From the human T2T-CHM13v2.0 reference genome, Homo sapiens: a stretch of DNA of 64,000 nucleotides. The notes under the pieces are model-generated. The model searched no databases and had not been told where the DNA came from. It saw only the letters and a list, made by a program, of their open reading frames with translations. Both the position numbers and the translations under genes were made by a program. The stretch lies in NCBI RefSeq assembly GCF_009914755.1, contig NC_060932.1. The stretch is one strand, 5' to 3'. Positions 13,758 through 26,100 of this stretch are shown piece after piece (the stretch's first letter is position 1; each line of letters starts with the position of its first letter).

Positions 13758-16700
13758 TAACTATATTTTGATTTAGAAAAAGGCAGAAAGGAAATCCTTG
13801 ATGGTTGAAGAGTTAGCATGAGTAATCTCTTTACATATTTTCATGTAGTCCATCACTTTGTTTTGAGATTATTTGTGTAACTGTACATAAGATGTGTCTC
13901 TTGAAGACAGCATACTAATGGGTCTTGGTTCTTAATTAAGCTTGCCACTCTGTGTCTTTTAAGTGGGGCATGTAGCCCATTTACATTGAAGGTAAGTATT
14001 GATTTGTGTGGATTTGATCCTGTCATCATGATGTTAGCTGGTTATTTTGCAGACTTGTTTATGTGGTTCCTTTACAATATCACTGGTCTCTGACCTGCCT
14101 CACAAGAGTTCCAGAAAGAAGTACTAAATATAGAAAGGAAAGACTGTAACCAGCCCTAACCAAAACACACTGAAGTACACAAACCAGTAACTATAAAGCA
14201 ATCACATGAACAAGTCTGCAAAATAACCAGCTAACATCATGGTGACAGGATAAAATCCACACATATCAATACTAACCTTAAATGTAAACGGGCTACATGC
14301 CCCACTTAAAAGACACAGAGGGGCAACCTCAGTAAAGAACTAAGACCCATTAGTATGCTGTCTTCAAGAGACACATCTCACGTGCAATGACACAAATAGT
14401 CTCAAAATAAAGGGATGGAGAAAAATCTATCAAGCAAATGGAAAACAGAAAAAACAGGGGCTGCAATCCTAGTTGTTGACAAAACAGACGTTGAACATAG
14501 ATCAAAAAAGAAAAAGAAGGACATTTCATAATGTTAAAGAGTTCAATTAAACAAGAGGATCTAACTATCCTAAATAGATATGCACCCAAGAGAGGAACAC
14601 CCAGATTCATAAAACAGGTTCTTAGAGACCTTCAAAGAGAATTAGACTCCCACAGAATAATAGTGGGAGATTTTAACACCCCACTGACAATATTAGACAG
14701 ATCATTGAGACAGAAAATTAACAAAGATATTCAGGACCTGAACTCAGAATGGGAACAAATGGATTTGATAGCTATCTACAGAACTCTCCACCCCAAAACA
14801 AAAGAATATACATTCTTGCCATTGCTACATGGCACATTCTCTAAAACTGACCCCATAATTGAAAGTAAAAACACTCCTCAGCAAATGCAAAATAACTTAT
14901 AACAGTCTCTCAGACCACAGCACAATAAAATTAGATTCAAGACTAAGAAGTTCACTCAAAACCATACAATTACATGGAAATTGAATAACCTGGTCCTGAA
15001 TGACTTTTGGGTAAATAATGAAATTAAGGCAGAAATCAATAAGTTCTTTGAAACTAATGAGAACACAGATACAATGTACTAGAATCTCTGGGACAGAGGT
15101 AAGGGAGTGTTAAGAGGGAAATTTATAACACTAAATGCCCTCATCAAAAATTAGAAATATCTCAAGTTAGCAACCTAACATCACAACTAAAGGAGCTGGA
15201 GAACCAAGAGCAAATGAATTCCAAAGCTAGAAGAAGACAAGAAATAACCAAAATGAGAGCTGAACTGAAGATGATTGAGATATGAACAACCATACAAAAG
15301 ATCAATACATCCTGGGGCTGTTATTTAAAATAAATAAAATAGGCCAGTAGCTACGACCACTAAGAAGAGAAGAGAGAAGATTCAAGTATTACCACTGACC
15401 ACACAAGAAATACAACCATCAGAAAATATGAATACCTCTATGCACATAAACTATAAAATCTAGAATACATGGATAAATTCCTGAACATATACACCCTCCC
15501 AAGAATAAACCAGGAAGAAATTAAATCCTGAAAAGATCAATAACAAGCTCCAAAATTGAGGCAGTAATAAATAGCCTACCAACTAAAAAAAGCCCATACC
15601 AGATGGATGCACAGCTGAATTCTACCAGATGTATGACGAAGAGCTGGTATCATTTCTACTAAAACTATTCTGAACAATTCAGGAGAAGGGATTCCTCTCT
15701 AAGTCATTCTGTGAGGTCAGCATCATCCTAATACCAAAGCCTGACAGAGATACAACAAAAAAGAAAACTTCAGGCCAGTAGCCTGGATTCAATGCAAAAA
15801 TCCTCAACAAAATATGGGCAAACTGAATCCTGTAGTACATAAAAAAGCTTATCCAGCATGAACAAGTAGATTTTATCCCTGGCATACAAGATTGGTTTAA
15901 CAAAGGCTAATCAATAAATGTGATTCATCACATAAACAGAACTAAGGACAAAAACCACATGGTTATTTCAATAGATGGAGAAAAGCCTTTCGATAAATTC
16001 AACATCCATTCATGTTAAAAACTCTGAATAAACTAGGTATTGAAGGAACATACCTCAAAATAATAAGAGCTATCTATGACAAACCCACAGCCAACATCAT
16101 ACTAAATGGGCAAAATCCGGAAGCTTCCCCTTGAAAACCGGCACAAAACAAGGATGCCCTCTCTTACCACTCCTGGAAGTCCTTGCCAGGGCCATTAGGC
16201 AAGATAAAAAAAAAAAAAGGAGATCTAAATAGGAAGAGAGGAAGTCAAACTATCTCTTTTTGCAGATGACAAGATTCTATTTCTAGAAAACCCCATAGTC
16301 TCAGCCTGAAAGCTTCTTAAGCTGATAAACAACTTCAGTAAAGTCTCAGGATTCAAAATCAATGTACAAAAATTGCTAGCATACTTATACACCAACAGCA
16401 GTCAAGCTGAGAGCCAAATCAAGAATGCACTCCCATTCACAATTGCCACAAAAAGAATAAAATACCTAGGAATACAGGGAAGTGAAAGATCTCTACAAGG
16501 AGAAATACAAAAGCTGCTCAAAGAAATTAGAGATAACATAAAAAAATGAAAAAACATTCCATGCTCATGGATAGGAAGGATCAATATTGTGAAAATGGCC
16601 ATACTGCTGAAAGCAATTTATTGATTCAATGTTATTCCTATTAAGCTATCAATGAGATTCTTCACAAAACTTAAAAAAAAACTATTTTAAAATTCATATG

Positions 16701-18710
16701 GAACCAAAAAAGAGTCCAAATAGCCAAGGCAATCCTAAGCAAAAAGAACAAAGTTGGAGGGATCATGCTACATGACCTCAAACAATACTACAGGGATACA
16801 GTAATCAAAACAGCATTGTACTGATACAAAACAGTCACATAGACCGATGGAACAGAGTAGAGAACCCAGAAATAAGACTGCACAGCTACAAGTATCTGAT
16901 CTTCAACAAACCTGACAAAAACAAGCAATGGGAAAAGTACTCCCTATTCAATAAATGGTCCTGGGATAACTGGCTAGCCGTATGCAGAAGACTGAAGCTG
17001 GACCACTTCTTTATACTACATACAAAAAATTAACTCAAGATGGAATAAAGACTTAAATGTAAATCCCAAAACTATGAAAACCCTGGTAGACAATCTAGGC
17101 AATACCATCCAAGACATACACATGGGAAAGGATTTCATGATGAAGACTCCAAAAGCATATGCAACAAAAGCAAAAATTGACAAATAGTATCTATTTAAAC
17201 TAGAGGGCTTCTGCATAGCAAAGGAAACTATCAAGAGTAAACAGACAACCTACAGAATGGGAGAAAATATTTGCAATCTGTGCATCTGACAAGACCTAAT
17301 ATCCAGCATCTGTAAAGAACTTAAACAAATTTACAAGAAGAAAAAAACAAATAACCCTATTAAAAAGTAGGCAAAGGTTATGAACAGACACTTCTCAAAA
17401 GAAGACATACATGTGACCAACAATGATATGAAGAAAAGCTCAACATCACTGATCATTAGAGAAATACAAATCAAAACCACAATGAGATACCATCTCACAC
17501 CAGTCAGAATGGTTATTACTAATAAGTCAAAAAATAACACATGCTTGTGAGGCTGTGGAGAAAAAGGAGCACTTTTGCTCTGTTAGTGGGATTGTAAATT
17601 ATTTCAACCATTGTGGAAGACAGTGTGGCGATTTTTCAAAGTCCTAAAGACAGAAATAACAATTATAATAAAATAGAGTGATTTATATTCCTTTGGGTAT
17701 ATATCCAGCAATTCCTTTGGGTATATACCCATACCATTGCTGGTTATATACCCAAAGGAATATAAATCACTCTATTGTAAAGACACATGCACGTGTATGT
17801 TCATTGCGGCACTATTCACAATAGCAAATACTTGGAATCAACCTAAATGCCTATCAGTGATAGAGCAGATAAGAAAATGCGGTACATATACACCATGGAA
17901 TACTATGCAGCCATAAAAAAAGAATGAGATCAGCAGCTGCGGTGGCTGGGCATGGAGTGTGAGTGGCCTGAGTCCCACGGGTGACTGCTCCAGGGCTTCT
18001 CCCCGCCTGCACCAGGCGCTGTTCGAAAGCGCGCCCTCCACTCATGAAGCGCTTGAGCTCTGTGCAGTGGAAAATGCCGTGTGTTTGTGACGGCGGTGAA
18101 AGAGGAGCCTTCTGCCAAAAGGGAACATCAGATCAGCCATAGCTTTGGGCCCAGCTAGATAGAAAGCTCAACAAACAAGTTGAAAAAAGATTTTAAAATC
18201 TTCTACATTCAAATGAAAACCCAAAATAATTTTTTTTGGAATGTTGAGGAGGACTTCAAACCGGCTCTAGAGTGCTGGATACCAGCAAAGGAAATAGAAC
18301 AAATAAATAGGAACCCAGTGCCTAATGAAAATAGATACATTCCTGATTGGGTACCAGTATAGAAAAACAACAAACAGTATTGCTAGCATTCCTCTGTAGT
18401 TAATTATGAATTTGAAATTGCCCTGGTACTAAAACATCATGCTGATGATTCTGGACTTTTGGAAATTACTGCAGTGCCACTATCAGATCTCTTAGAACAA
18501 ACACTGGAGATCACAGGAAAAAATATCAATGGAAACCCATATGCGTTAGGGAGCAAGAAACATCCATTACAACTTCTTATACCACATGGAGCGTTTCAAA
18601 TAAGAAATCTACCTTCGTTGAAGCACAATGATATCATGTCCTGGTTTGAAGGTTGCAGTGGGTAAAATTGAAGGAATAGTATGGCATCGCAGTGATGGCT
18701 GTTAATAAAG

Positions 18711-18839
18711 GTGCTGGACATACACAGTCAACCAAACAAGGTGTCTGCCTTCATGAAGCTCACATTCTGATGGGGAAGGTAGACAATAAACAAATGTGTA
18801 ATATGTCAGGAGAAGAACAGCTATGAAAAAAAAAACAGG
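18711..18839 (-). mobile_element. L2-derived 129-nt segment inside the pseudogene CDS (probable cassette exon of the parent mRNA)
   Basis: 'tctgccttcatgaagctcacattctgatggggaaggtagacaataaacaa' resembles the antisense L2 3' region; sits exactly between the K and V codons of the 'K-VHRHHL' motif. Confidence 0.65.
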
Positions 18840-19819
18840 GTCCATCGTCATCATCTTGGCTTATGCTGGTCAATTCAAGATACTTACATGAATTCAAGAG
18901 CAGTTATTATCAACGTGTACCTGAAAAACTGTGACTCTGCCTTGATGTTAAGTGTTTGTTTAATCATTTTTCAAAAGTACATAATCAGAAATTTGCTAGA
19001 CTCAAAGATATAATATTTGATATATAAAATGCAAATAAAATTATTTTATTATCATTATATTTTAATCTTGAATATTCTACCATGTTTAAGAATATCTCAA
19101 GGTTCCTGTTCATTATGAAACATCAATTTGTCTTCTACCATTTGTGAAGAAATGAATTTTCCAGTTTCAAATATCTATTTAAAATTTTATTAAAAACCAG
19201 CAAATTAATTTTAATCTCTAGCCATAAAAACATAAGTAACAGTAAGCTCCTAAGCTTGTACAAAGGCTGGATTCTCTCCACTATAATTGAGTGGTAATTT
19301 AAAGACAACAATTAAACCAAGAATTTAATGTCACTAATTTTCAAAATTACATAGTTTAAGCTCAATTTGATTTTGCTAGGTATTTAACAAAACATATGGC
19401 TCAACTTCATAACCTATATGTGTGTATGTCTACATCTGTATTTATGTACATCATAGTTAGGATTTGAGAATCTTACCATATGTATAAATAAGTATATATA
19501 AACTCCAATTTTAAATATTAAAATTGCTGAATTTACCCTCATGCTCTTTAAAAAACTTAAAACTTTATGAATGTAGAGAAATTCACCAGAGCTCATTGCC
19601 TATTTGATGGCCATAACTTACTCTAAGTCTTCAGATATATACGTTTATAATAGGTTGAAAATTTCATATAATTTTATTTATTAAGAATTCCAATCTAAGT
19701 ATAAAGGTACAAGGTAGTGAGAAGGAAACACTACAGCTCAGAGAATTTCTTATTTCCAGATCGATTTTAACATATAAAGTTAATAAATATTTAAACGAAA
19801 CAAAGTTTATAGGTGACCT

Positions 19820-20059
19820 TTAGTAAATGGGGAAATGAACAAGACTTTCTTCTTCATCTTCAAACTCTTCAGAAGCAGCAACAGGGCTAGTTAATTCAAC
19901 TCCCAATTGTTCTGGAAGTTTTTTTTTTTTTTTAACCTTCTCTTCTAAGAGAATATTGTTCTTCACTTCTTCCTTGTAATTATACTTCAGATCTTCAATT
20001 TCTTTGAAAAATGAAGGATCAAAATTTTGGAGTTCTTTTTTCAGCTTTTTTATTTCCTC
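19820..20059 (-). pseudogene. CEP290: Copy of the CEP290 terminal coding exon, carried antisense within the RLIG1 retrocopy 3' UTR
   Basis: Minus strand reads EEIKKLKKELQNFDPSFFKEIEDLKYNYKEEVKNNILLEEKV..EQLGVELTSPVAASEEFEDEEESLVHFPIY*, matching the recalled CEP290 C-terminus; preceded by acceptor 'tttctattAG' (20060-20061). Confidence 0.88.
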
Positions 20060-23000
20060 CTAATAGAAACATTATCTTTAAAAGTTGCATATAGGAAATA
20101 TACATATTTTAGGCTTGAACTAAGAGATTTAACTGTAAATATGAAAGCCAACGTATTCCTGAATGGTCAGATACAGCTATAAAGGCAGAAGTATTAAGAT
20201 TTTTGTTTGCTCCATTGTACAGTGTAAATAACTAAGTTGTTAACTGTCAAGTCCAATTATCTATTTTGTAAGTTGTGTTCTAGTCTTTGACTAAAATTTA
20301 TCAACTCTTATAACGGGATTTAATCTTTCTCTAAAAGCACATAAGATCCTCTCAATAGAGCAATCAATCAAGAAGATTTTGTGATTCATAACACTGAAGT
20401 TAGTCTGGTTAAGAGTTTTGGGTTAGACTTAATTTATGTTTTCATTACAAATGTCTAATTTTTAATGAATAATGATCAACTTTTTATAAAGTTATTAATA
20501 TGATCAGGGAAACCTTTGGGACTTCTGCCAATTAGGCATCTGGTAAAGAGAGAATTCAAGCCTTAGTGACTGTTTAGAGTAGTCAGTGATCACTAGCTAA
20601 CGCTTATATCCATGCTTTTTTGTCCTGTTTGCAGTATTCAAGGAGGTAAAACATAGCAAATATATTTTTTAAGTGAACTATAACCTTAAGATTACTGAAA
20701 AGAATTTCAAAGCAAATTAAAGACACTGTTGCCAATGTGACCCAAAACTTAAGAACATACTAATGGCATATATTTGTTATAATTAAAAAATAAATTTACT
20801 ATTTAATCCTAAAAAAAAATGAGATCATGTCCTTTGCAAGGACATGAATGGAGCTGGAGGCCATTATCCTAGGCAAAATAATGCAGGAACAGAAAACCAA
20901 ATACCGGTGTTCTCACTTATAAGTGGGAGCTAAATTATGAGAACACATTGACACACAGCGGGGAACAACACACACTGGGGCCTATCAGAGGGTGGAAGGT
21001 GGGAAGAAGGAGAGGATCAGGAAAAATAACTTATGGGTACTAGGCTTAATACCTGAGTGATGAAATGATCTGTACAAAAAAACCCTGTGCCACAAATTTA
21101 CCTATGTAACAAACCTGCGCACGTACTCCTGAACTTAAAATAAAAGTTAAAAAAAAATCCTAAATTAAGTATTCAAATTATGAAGCTAGAAAATGAATAG
21201 TAAATAAGAAAAGGCAACTGGAAGGAATAAAGTATGAAATACATATAAAGGCAAAGAGATAAATATACTAAAAACCTGAAGATCACCACTTTTTAAATAT
21301 TAAAAGAGATATAAATAATTATAGCTGTCAAAATGATGTTTTAGAATAAAACTGTTTTGTAACATCATGTGCCAATAAGTATGAGAATACAGATTTTCCC
21401 CAGCAAAATATAAACAATTAAATTGATCCCACAAATGAATAAAAACTTGAATAAGAACCACAGAAGAAATCAGAAAGTGGTTAAAAGGTATATTATTTTA
21501 AATACACCGAAGCCATATGATCTTTTACTGAGATATAATAAGGCCTTAAACTATGTATTTCAGCATTTTAAAACAATGTAGACTGTAGAAAAGACAAAAA
21601 TGATTGGTTATGTTATGTTAATTGATATAAAATCTTATTTAGTATAATAAGAAAAGTACATATTAATTTGTTAGATAAAAGGTTGAAATATTAGCAAACT
21701 AAATCCAGTGGTATATTCTAAGTGCTACTTCTCATGCATAGGACTGTGTTTGGCACACATTAAGTGCTCTATAAATATTGGTTGATTAAAAAATAAACCT
21801 TTAGTTTATTGGAATAAGAGCAGTAGCCACATATGATTATTAGGAAACATTATCTGCCAAGTAATTTTTACAATATAGTGTTAGTGTAATCACACATTTA
21901 TGATTATGTCAGTTTATATGTAAACATATAGAAAATTATTGAAGGATACATACCAAGTTATTAAAATCAGGCACAGGAGATATGTTCAAAGAGTATGTAT
22001 TATTTTAGTTCTTAAACATGTAGTAACATAATTTTAAAAAATTATTATCTGGAAAAAAAACTTATGACTAGATAATTGACTCCAGATAGAGAATACAGAG
22101 TTGCAAGAGCAGTGAGCTGAAGAAAGAACCCTAGACATACCAACATTGGTGAGACTAGCCAACTATTATCTGCAACTTATGTGTAATTTTTCTGGTTTTA
22201 AACTCAGTATATAACACACATGTTCTCAAGCTTGAAATTCTGAATTCTTTCACTTTTAAAAATACCTTACCCAATAAATAACCAAATTCTGTCATATTTA
22301 CTTCTTAAATATTCTCATTCATCTTTCCTTTTCATTGCCTCTGCCCTGCCTTAACACACAATTCATACTTTTCAGTACTATTTTACAACCTCTGCAAAGA
22401 TTTCAATTTTGTCTTCCTCCCATGCATTTTCTGAATCATAGTCATAAGTTTCCTTATATTAGGTCTGAAATAGAACTCTTGATATTTTGCCCATGGGCAC
22501 ATTATAGCTCCTGTCTTCCTCAATTCAGTAAGTGGTTCTAACATCCATTCAGTCATAGCCAGAAAACTCCCCTTTCCACAGTCCGCTATAGTTCAAAATA
22601 TATTTGTTTTGAATTTATCCCAACTCTTGTCCTCTCTGTTGTTACTACCTCAGTTCAGTTTTACAGGGCACTGAGTTGCTCCTTCCACTGCACCCACCTT
22701 TATAACTATCTTTTCCTCTTTCCCAACTTCTGCATTATGCCAGATAGCTGTATTAAGGAAATTGCATCAATATGCCGGTTTATACAATTTCAAAGGTATG
22801 GTCTCCAGCTCCAGGTAGACATTCAGTGCTATTCAGAAATTTGTCTACATGTTATGTTCAAAGTTTTTTTCTAATTTACTAAAAAATCATTTATAAAAGT
22901 TTTGCTGACCGTTGCAATGAACATCTACTTGAGGATCAATAGTGGCTTTACTTTCTTCTTCAGAGAGCCATTAGTCAGGAATTTTATTAATTTATTGTTC

Positions 23001-23245
23001 ATCCAGCACCCAGCTATTCATATCAGCGTATCTACATTTTCAATTTTTCTTACCCCTTCCTTCTTTAAAATATCAAAGTATACACTGTCTCTTGGTTGTA
23101 TACTGTTCTGACCCTCTGGGACTTTGAAACTTCAATTTATACCCTATAACTGCAATATCAGTAAACATGTCCTCCTCAGAAGATGCTTCCCCTCGTAAGG
23201 GGAAGAGACGCAAGTCTCTTCCATAAAAACTTTTACACACAATAC

Positions 23246-23440
23246 ATCTGTTACTTTCACACACGTAGATTCACCTGCTGTCTCTCTTACATACACACAC
23301 ATAACACACACATGTGTATTCTGCATCCTCATAAAACTGTTGTCTGTTACTTTCACTAACATACATTCTCCTGCTTTCTCTCTTACACACACACATACAC
23401 ACAGACATGCACACATATTCTGCATTCTCATAAAACTGTT
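23246..23440. repeat. Diverged tandem duplication, ~97-bp unit x2, with internal CA-rich tract
   Basis: 'tctgttactttcac...tattctgcat.ctcataaaactgtt' occurs twice. Confidence 0.8.
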
Positions 23441-23587
23441 CACAATGTATCCTCTTCTAAGTCCCTCCTTATTTTCAGTAAACAAACTTTGGAAAATTTA
23501 TTTCTAATTATAATTGTTTATACTTCCTCATTAAATAACTTTGGTCACCTGGTCACATTTTCACTTTCCTAATTCTATTGAAGTTAT

Positions 23588-25409
23588 TTTCAGCTTTCTA
23601 CATATGGCTAGCCAGTTTTCCCAACACCGTTTTTTAAATAGGGAATCTTTTTCCCATTTCTTGTTTTTGTCAGGTTTGTCAAAGATAAGATTGTTGTTGT
23701 AGATGTGTGGTGTTATTTCTGAGGCCTCTGTTCTGTTCCATTGGTCTATCTTTCTGTTTTGGTACCAGTACCATGCTGTTTTGGTTACTGCAGCCTTGTA
23801 GTATAGTTTGCAGTTGGGTAGCATGATGCCTCCAGCTTTGTTCTTTTTGCTGAGGATTGTCTTGGCAATGCGGGCTCTTTTTGGTTCCATATGAACTTTA
23901 AAGTAGTTTTTTCCAATTCTGTAAAGAAAGTCATTGGTAGCTTGAGGGAGATAGCATTGAATCTATAAATTACGTTGGGCAGTACAACTGTTTTCACAAT
24001 ATTGATTCTTCCTATCCATGAACATAGAATGTTCTTCCACTTGTTTGTGTCCTCTTTTATTTCGTTGAGCAGTGGTTTATAGTTCTCCTTGAAGAGGTCC
24101 TTCACATCCCTTGTAAGTTGGATTCCTAGGTATTTTATTCTCTTTGTAGCAATTGTGAATGCGAGTTCACTCATGATTTGGCTGTCTGTTTGTCTGGTAT
24201 TGGTGTATAGGAATGCTCCCTTCCTTACATCTTATACAAAAATTAATTCAAGATGGATTAAAGACTTAAATGTTAGACCTAAAACCATAAAAACCCTAGA
24301 AGAAAACCTAGGCATTACCATTCAGGACATAGGCATGGTCAAGGACTTCATGACTAAAACACCAAAAGCAATGCCAACAAAAGCCAAAAGCCAAAATAGA
24401 CAAATGGGATCTAATGAAACTAAAGAGCTTCTGCACAGCAAAAGAAACTACCATCAGAGTGAACAGACAACCTACAGAATGGGAGAAAATTTTTGCAATC
24501 TACCCATCCGACAAAGGGCTAATATCCAGAATCTACAAAGAACTTAAACAAATTTACAAGAAAAAAACAAACAACCCCATCAAAAAGTGGGCAAAGAATA
24601 TGAACAGACACTACTCAAAGAAGACATTTATGTAGCCAACAGACACATGAAAAAATGCCCATCATCACTGGTCATCAGAGAAATGCGGATCAAAACCACA
24701 ATGAGATACCATCTCACACCAGTTAGAATGGCGATCATTAAAAAGTCAGGAAACATCAGGTGCTGGAGAGGATGTGGAGAAATAACACTTTTACACTGTT
24801 GGTGGGAGTGTAAACTAGTTCAACCATTGTAGAAGATAGTGTGGCAATTCCTCAAGGATCTAGAACTTGAAATACCATTTGACCCAGCAATCCCATTACT
24901 GGGTATATACCCAAAGGATTATAAATCATGCTACTATAAAGACACATGCACACGTATGTCTATTGCAGCACTATTTACAATAGCAAAAACTTGGAACCAA
25001 CCCAAATTTCCATCAATGATAGACTGGATTAAGAAAATGTGGCACATATACACCATGGAATATTATGCAGACATAAAAAAGAATGAGTTTATGTCCTTTG
25101 TAGGGACATGGATGAAGCTGGAAACCATTATTTTCAGCAAACTATCGCAAGGACAGAAAACCAAACACTGCATGTTCTCACTTATAGGTGGGAATTGAAC
25201 AATGAGAACACTTGGACACAGGGCGGTGAGCATCACACATGGGGGCTTGTCGTGGGGTGGGAGGCAGGGGGAGGGGTAGCATTAGGAGAAATACCTAATG
25301 TAAATGATGAGTTAATGGATGCAGCAAACCGACATGACACATGTATACCTATGTAACAAACCTGCACATTGTGCACATGTACCCTAAAACTTAAAGTACA
25401 AAAAAAAAA
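23588..25409 (+). mobile_element. 5'-inverted (twin-primed) L1, about L1PA5: inverted part 23588-~24216 (-), forward part ~24217-25409 (+)
   Basis: ORF2 peptides switch strand at 'ggaatgc|tcccttcctt'; 15-bp TSD gaagttattttcagc (23580-23594) / gaaattcttttcagc (25410-25424). Confidence 0.92.
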
Positions 25410-25924
25410 GAAATTCTTTTCAGCAAGGTAATCAATAAAGTAATTGAGGCATACAATGCACTGTTTAAATTTGTTTTATTTTTTACATGAAAACATGTTG
25501 AATCTCTCACCTTCTATTTCAACCATAGCATCACCCTGATGATTTTTCTAAATTTAAAAACAATGTTGACTTTTTATATTTAAAAATGGAGTTGTAGTTT
25601 TTTTCTTCAATGTAAATGTAGCACATGCTTATTAAGTGTTATGGGGGAAGCTGACATAAATAAAATCATCATTTTATGTGAAAAATGAAATGAGTTGGAA
25701 TATTTACTCAACAAAGTGCCCTTGATAGTGATTAGCTATGTATTCAATGTGTTTGTTGAATGAAAAAATGGTAAAATATCAATATTAGTTGTATTGATGA
25801 TGATTATAGAACTATGATGCTCAATTTTTAGATAAAAAATAAAAATATAAACTGGATTGAATAAAGATATATATACATATATGATAGTAGATCAAAATTT
25901 AATTAGTATATCTGCTTAAGGTGT

Positions 25925-26100
25925 AATAATAGTAATAATAATGCTATGAATTACATGTGCAGCAAATATTTCATTTAATGTTCACTGCAACCCTGTGAGG
26001 TATGTGATATTACCAGCCCCACTTTGCAAATGAGGAAACTGAGTCAGAAATTGCTAAGAAATATGTTAAGGCTACATAGCTAGTCACCAGTAGAGCAGAT
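25925..26100 (-). mobile_element. MIR SINE
   Basis: Core 'caaccctgtgaggta...cccactttgcaaatgaggaaactgag'. Confidence 0.7.

Larger units (their letters stand above)
17933..20819 (+). pseudogene. RLIG1: Processed pseudogene of RLIG1/C12orf29 (RNA 5'-phosphate/3'-OH ligase); disabled CDS 18044-19027
   Basis: Translates [82 protein letters not shown], matching the recalled C12orf29 protein; intronless; stops and frameshifts; AATAAA 20789-20794; A-tail 20811-20819; TSD aatgagatca at 17923-17932 and 20818-20827. Confidence 0.93.
13849..21157 (+). mobile_element. 5'-truncated L1 (about L1PA15/16) with an inverted duplicated 5' segment (13849-14087), interrupted at 17933-20819 by a processed pseudogene
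   Basis: End of ORF1 and ORF2 span 14091-17932; L1 resumes in register at 20828 ('tgtcctttgcaaggacatg'); 3'UTR and A-tail to 21157. Confidence 0.9.

Noticed and set aside
18044-19027. Functional RLIG1 gene or retrogene
   Set aside because: Frameshift near codon 14, missing catalytic segment, several in-frame stops and further frameshifts; only 60-68 aa fragments remain open.
19820-20059. The true CEP290 locus
   Set aside because: It lies between the retrocopy TSDs, has substitutions and an expanded A-run, and no other CEP290 exon is recognisable in the window.
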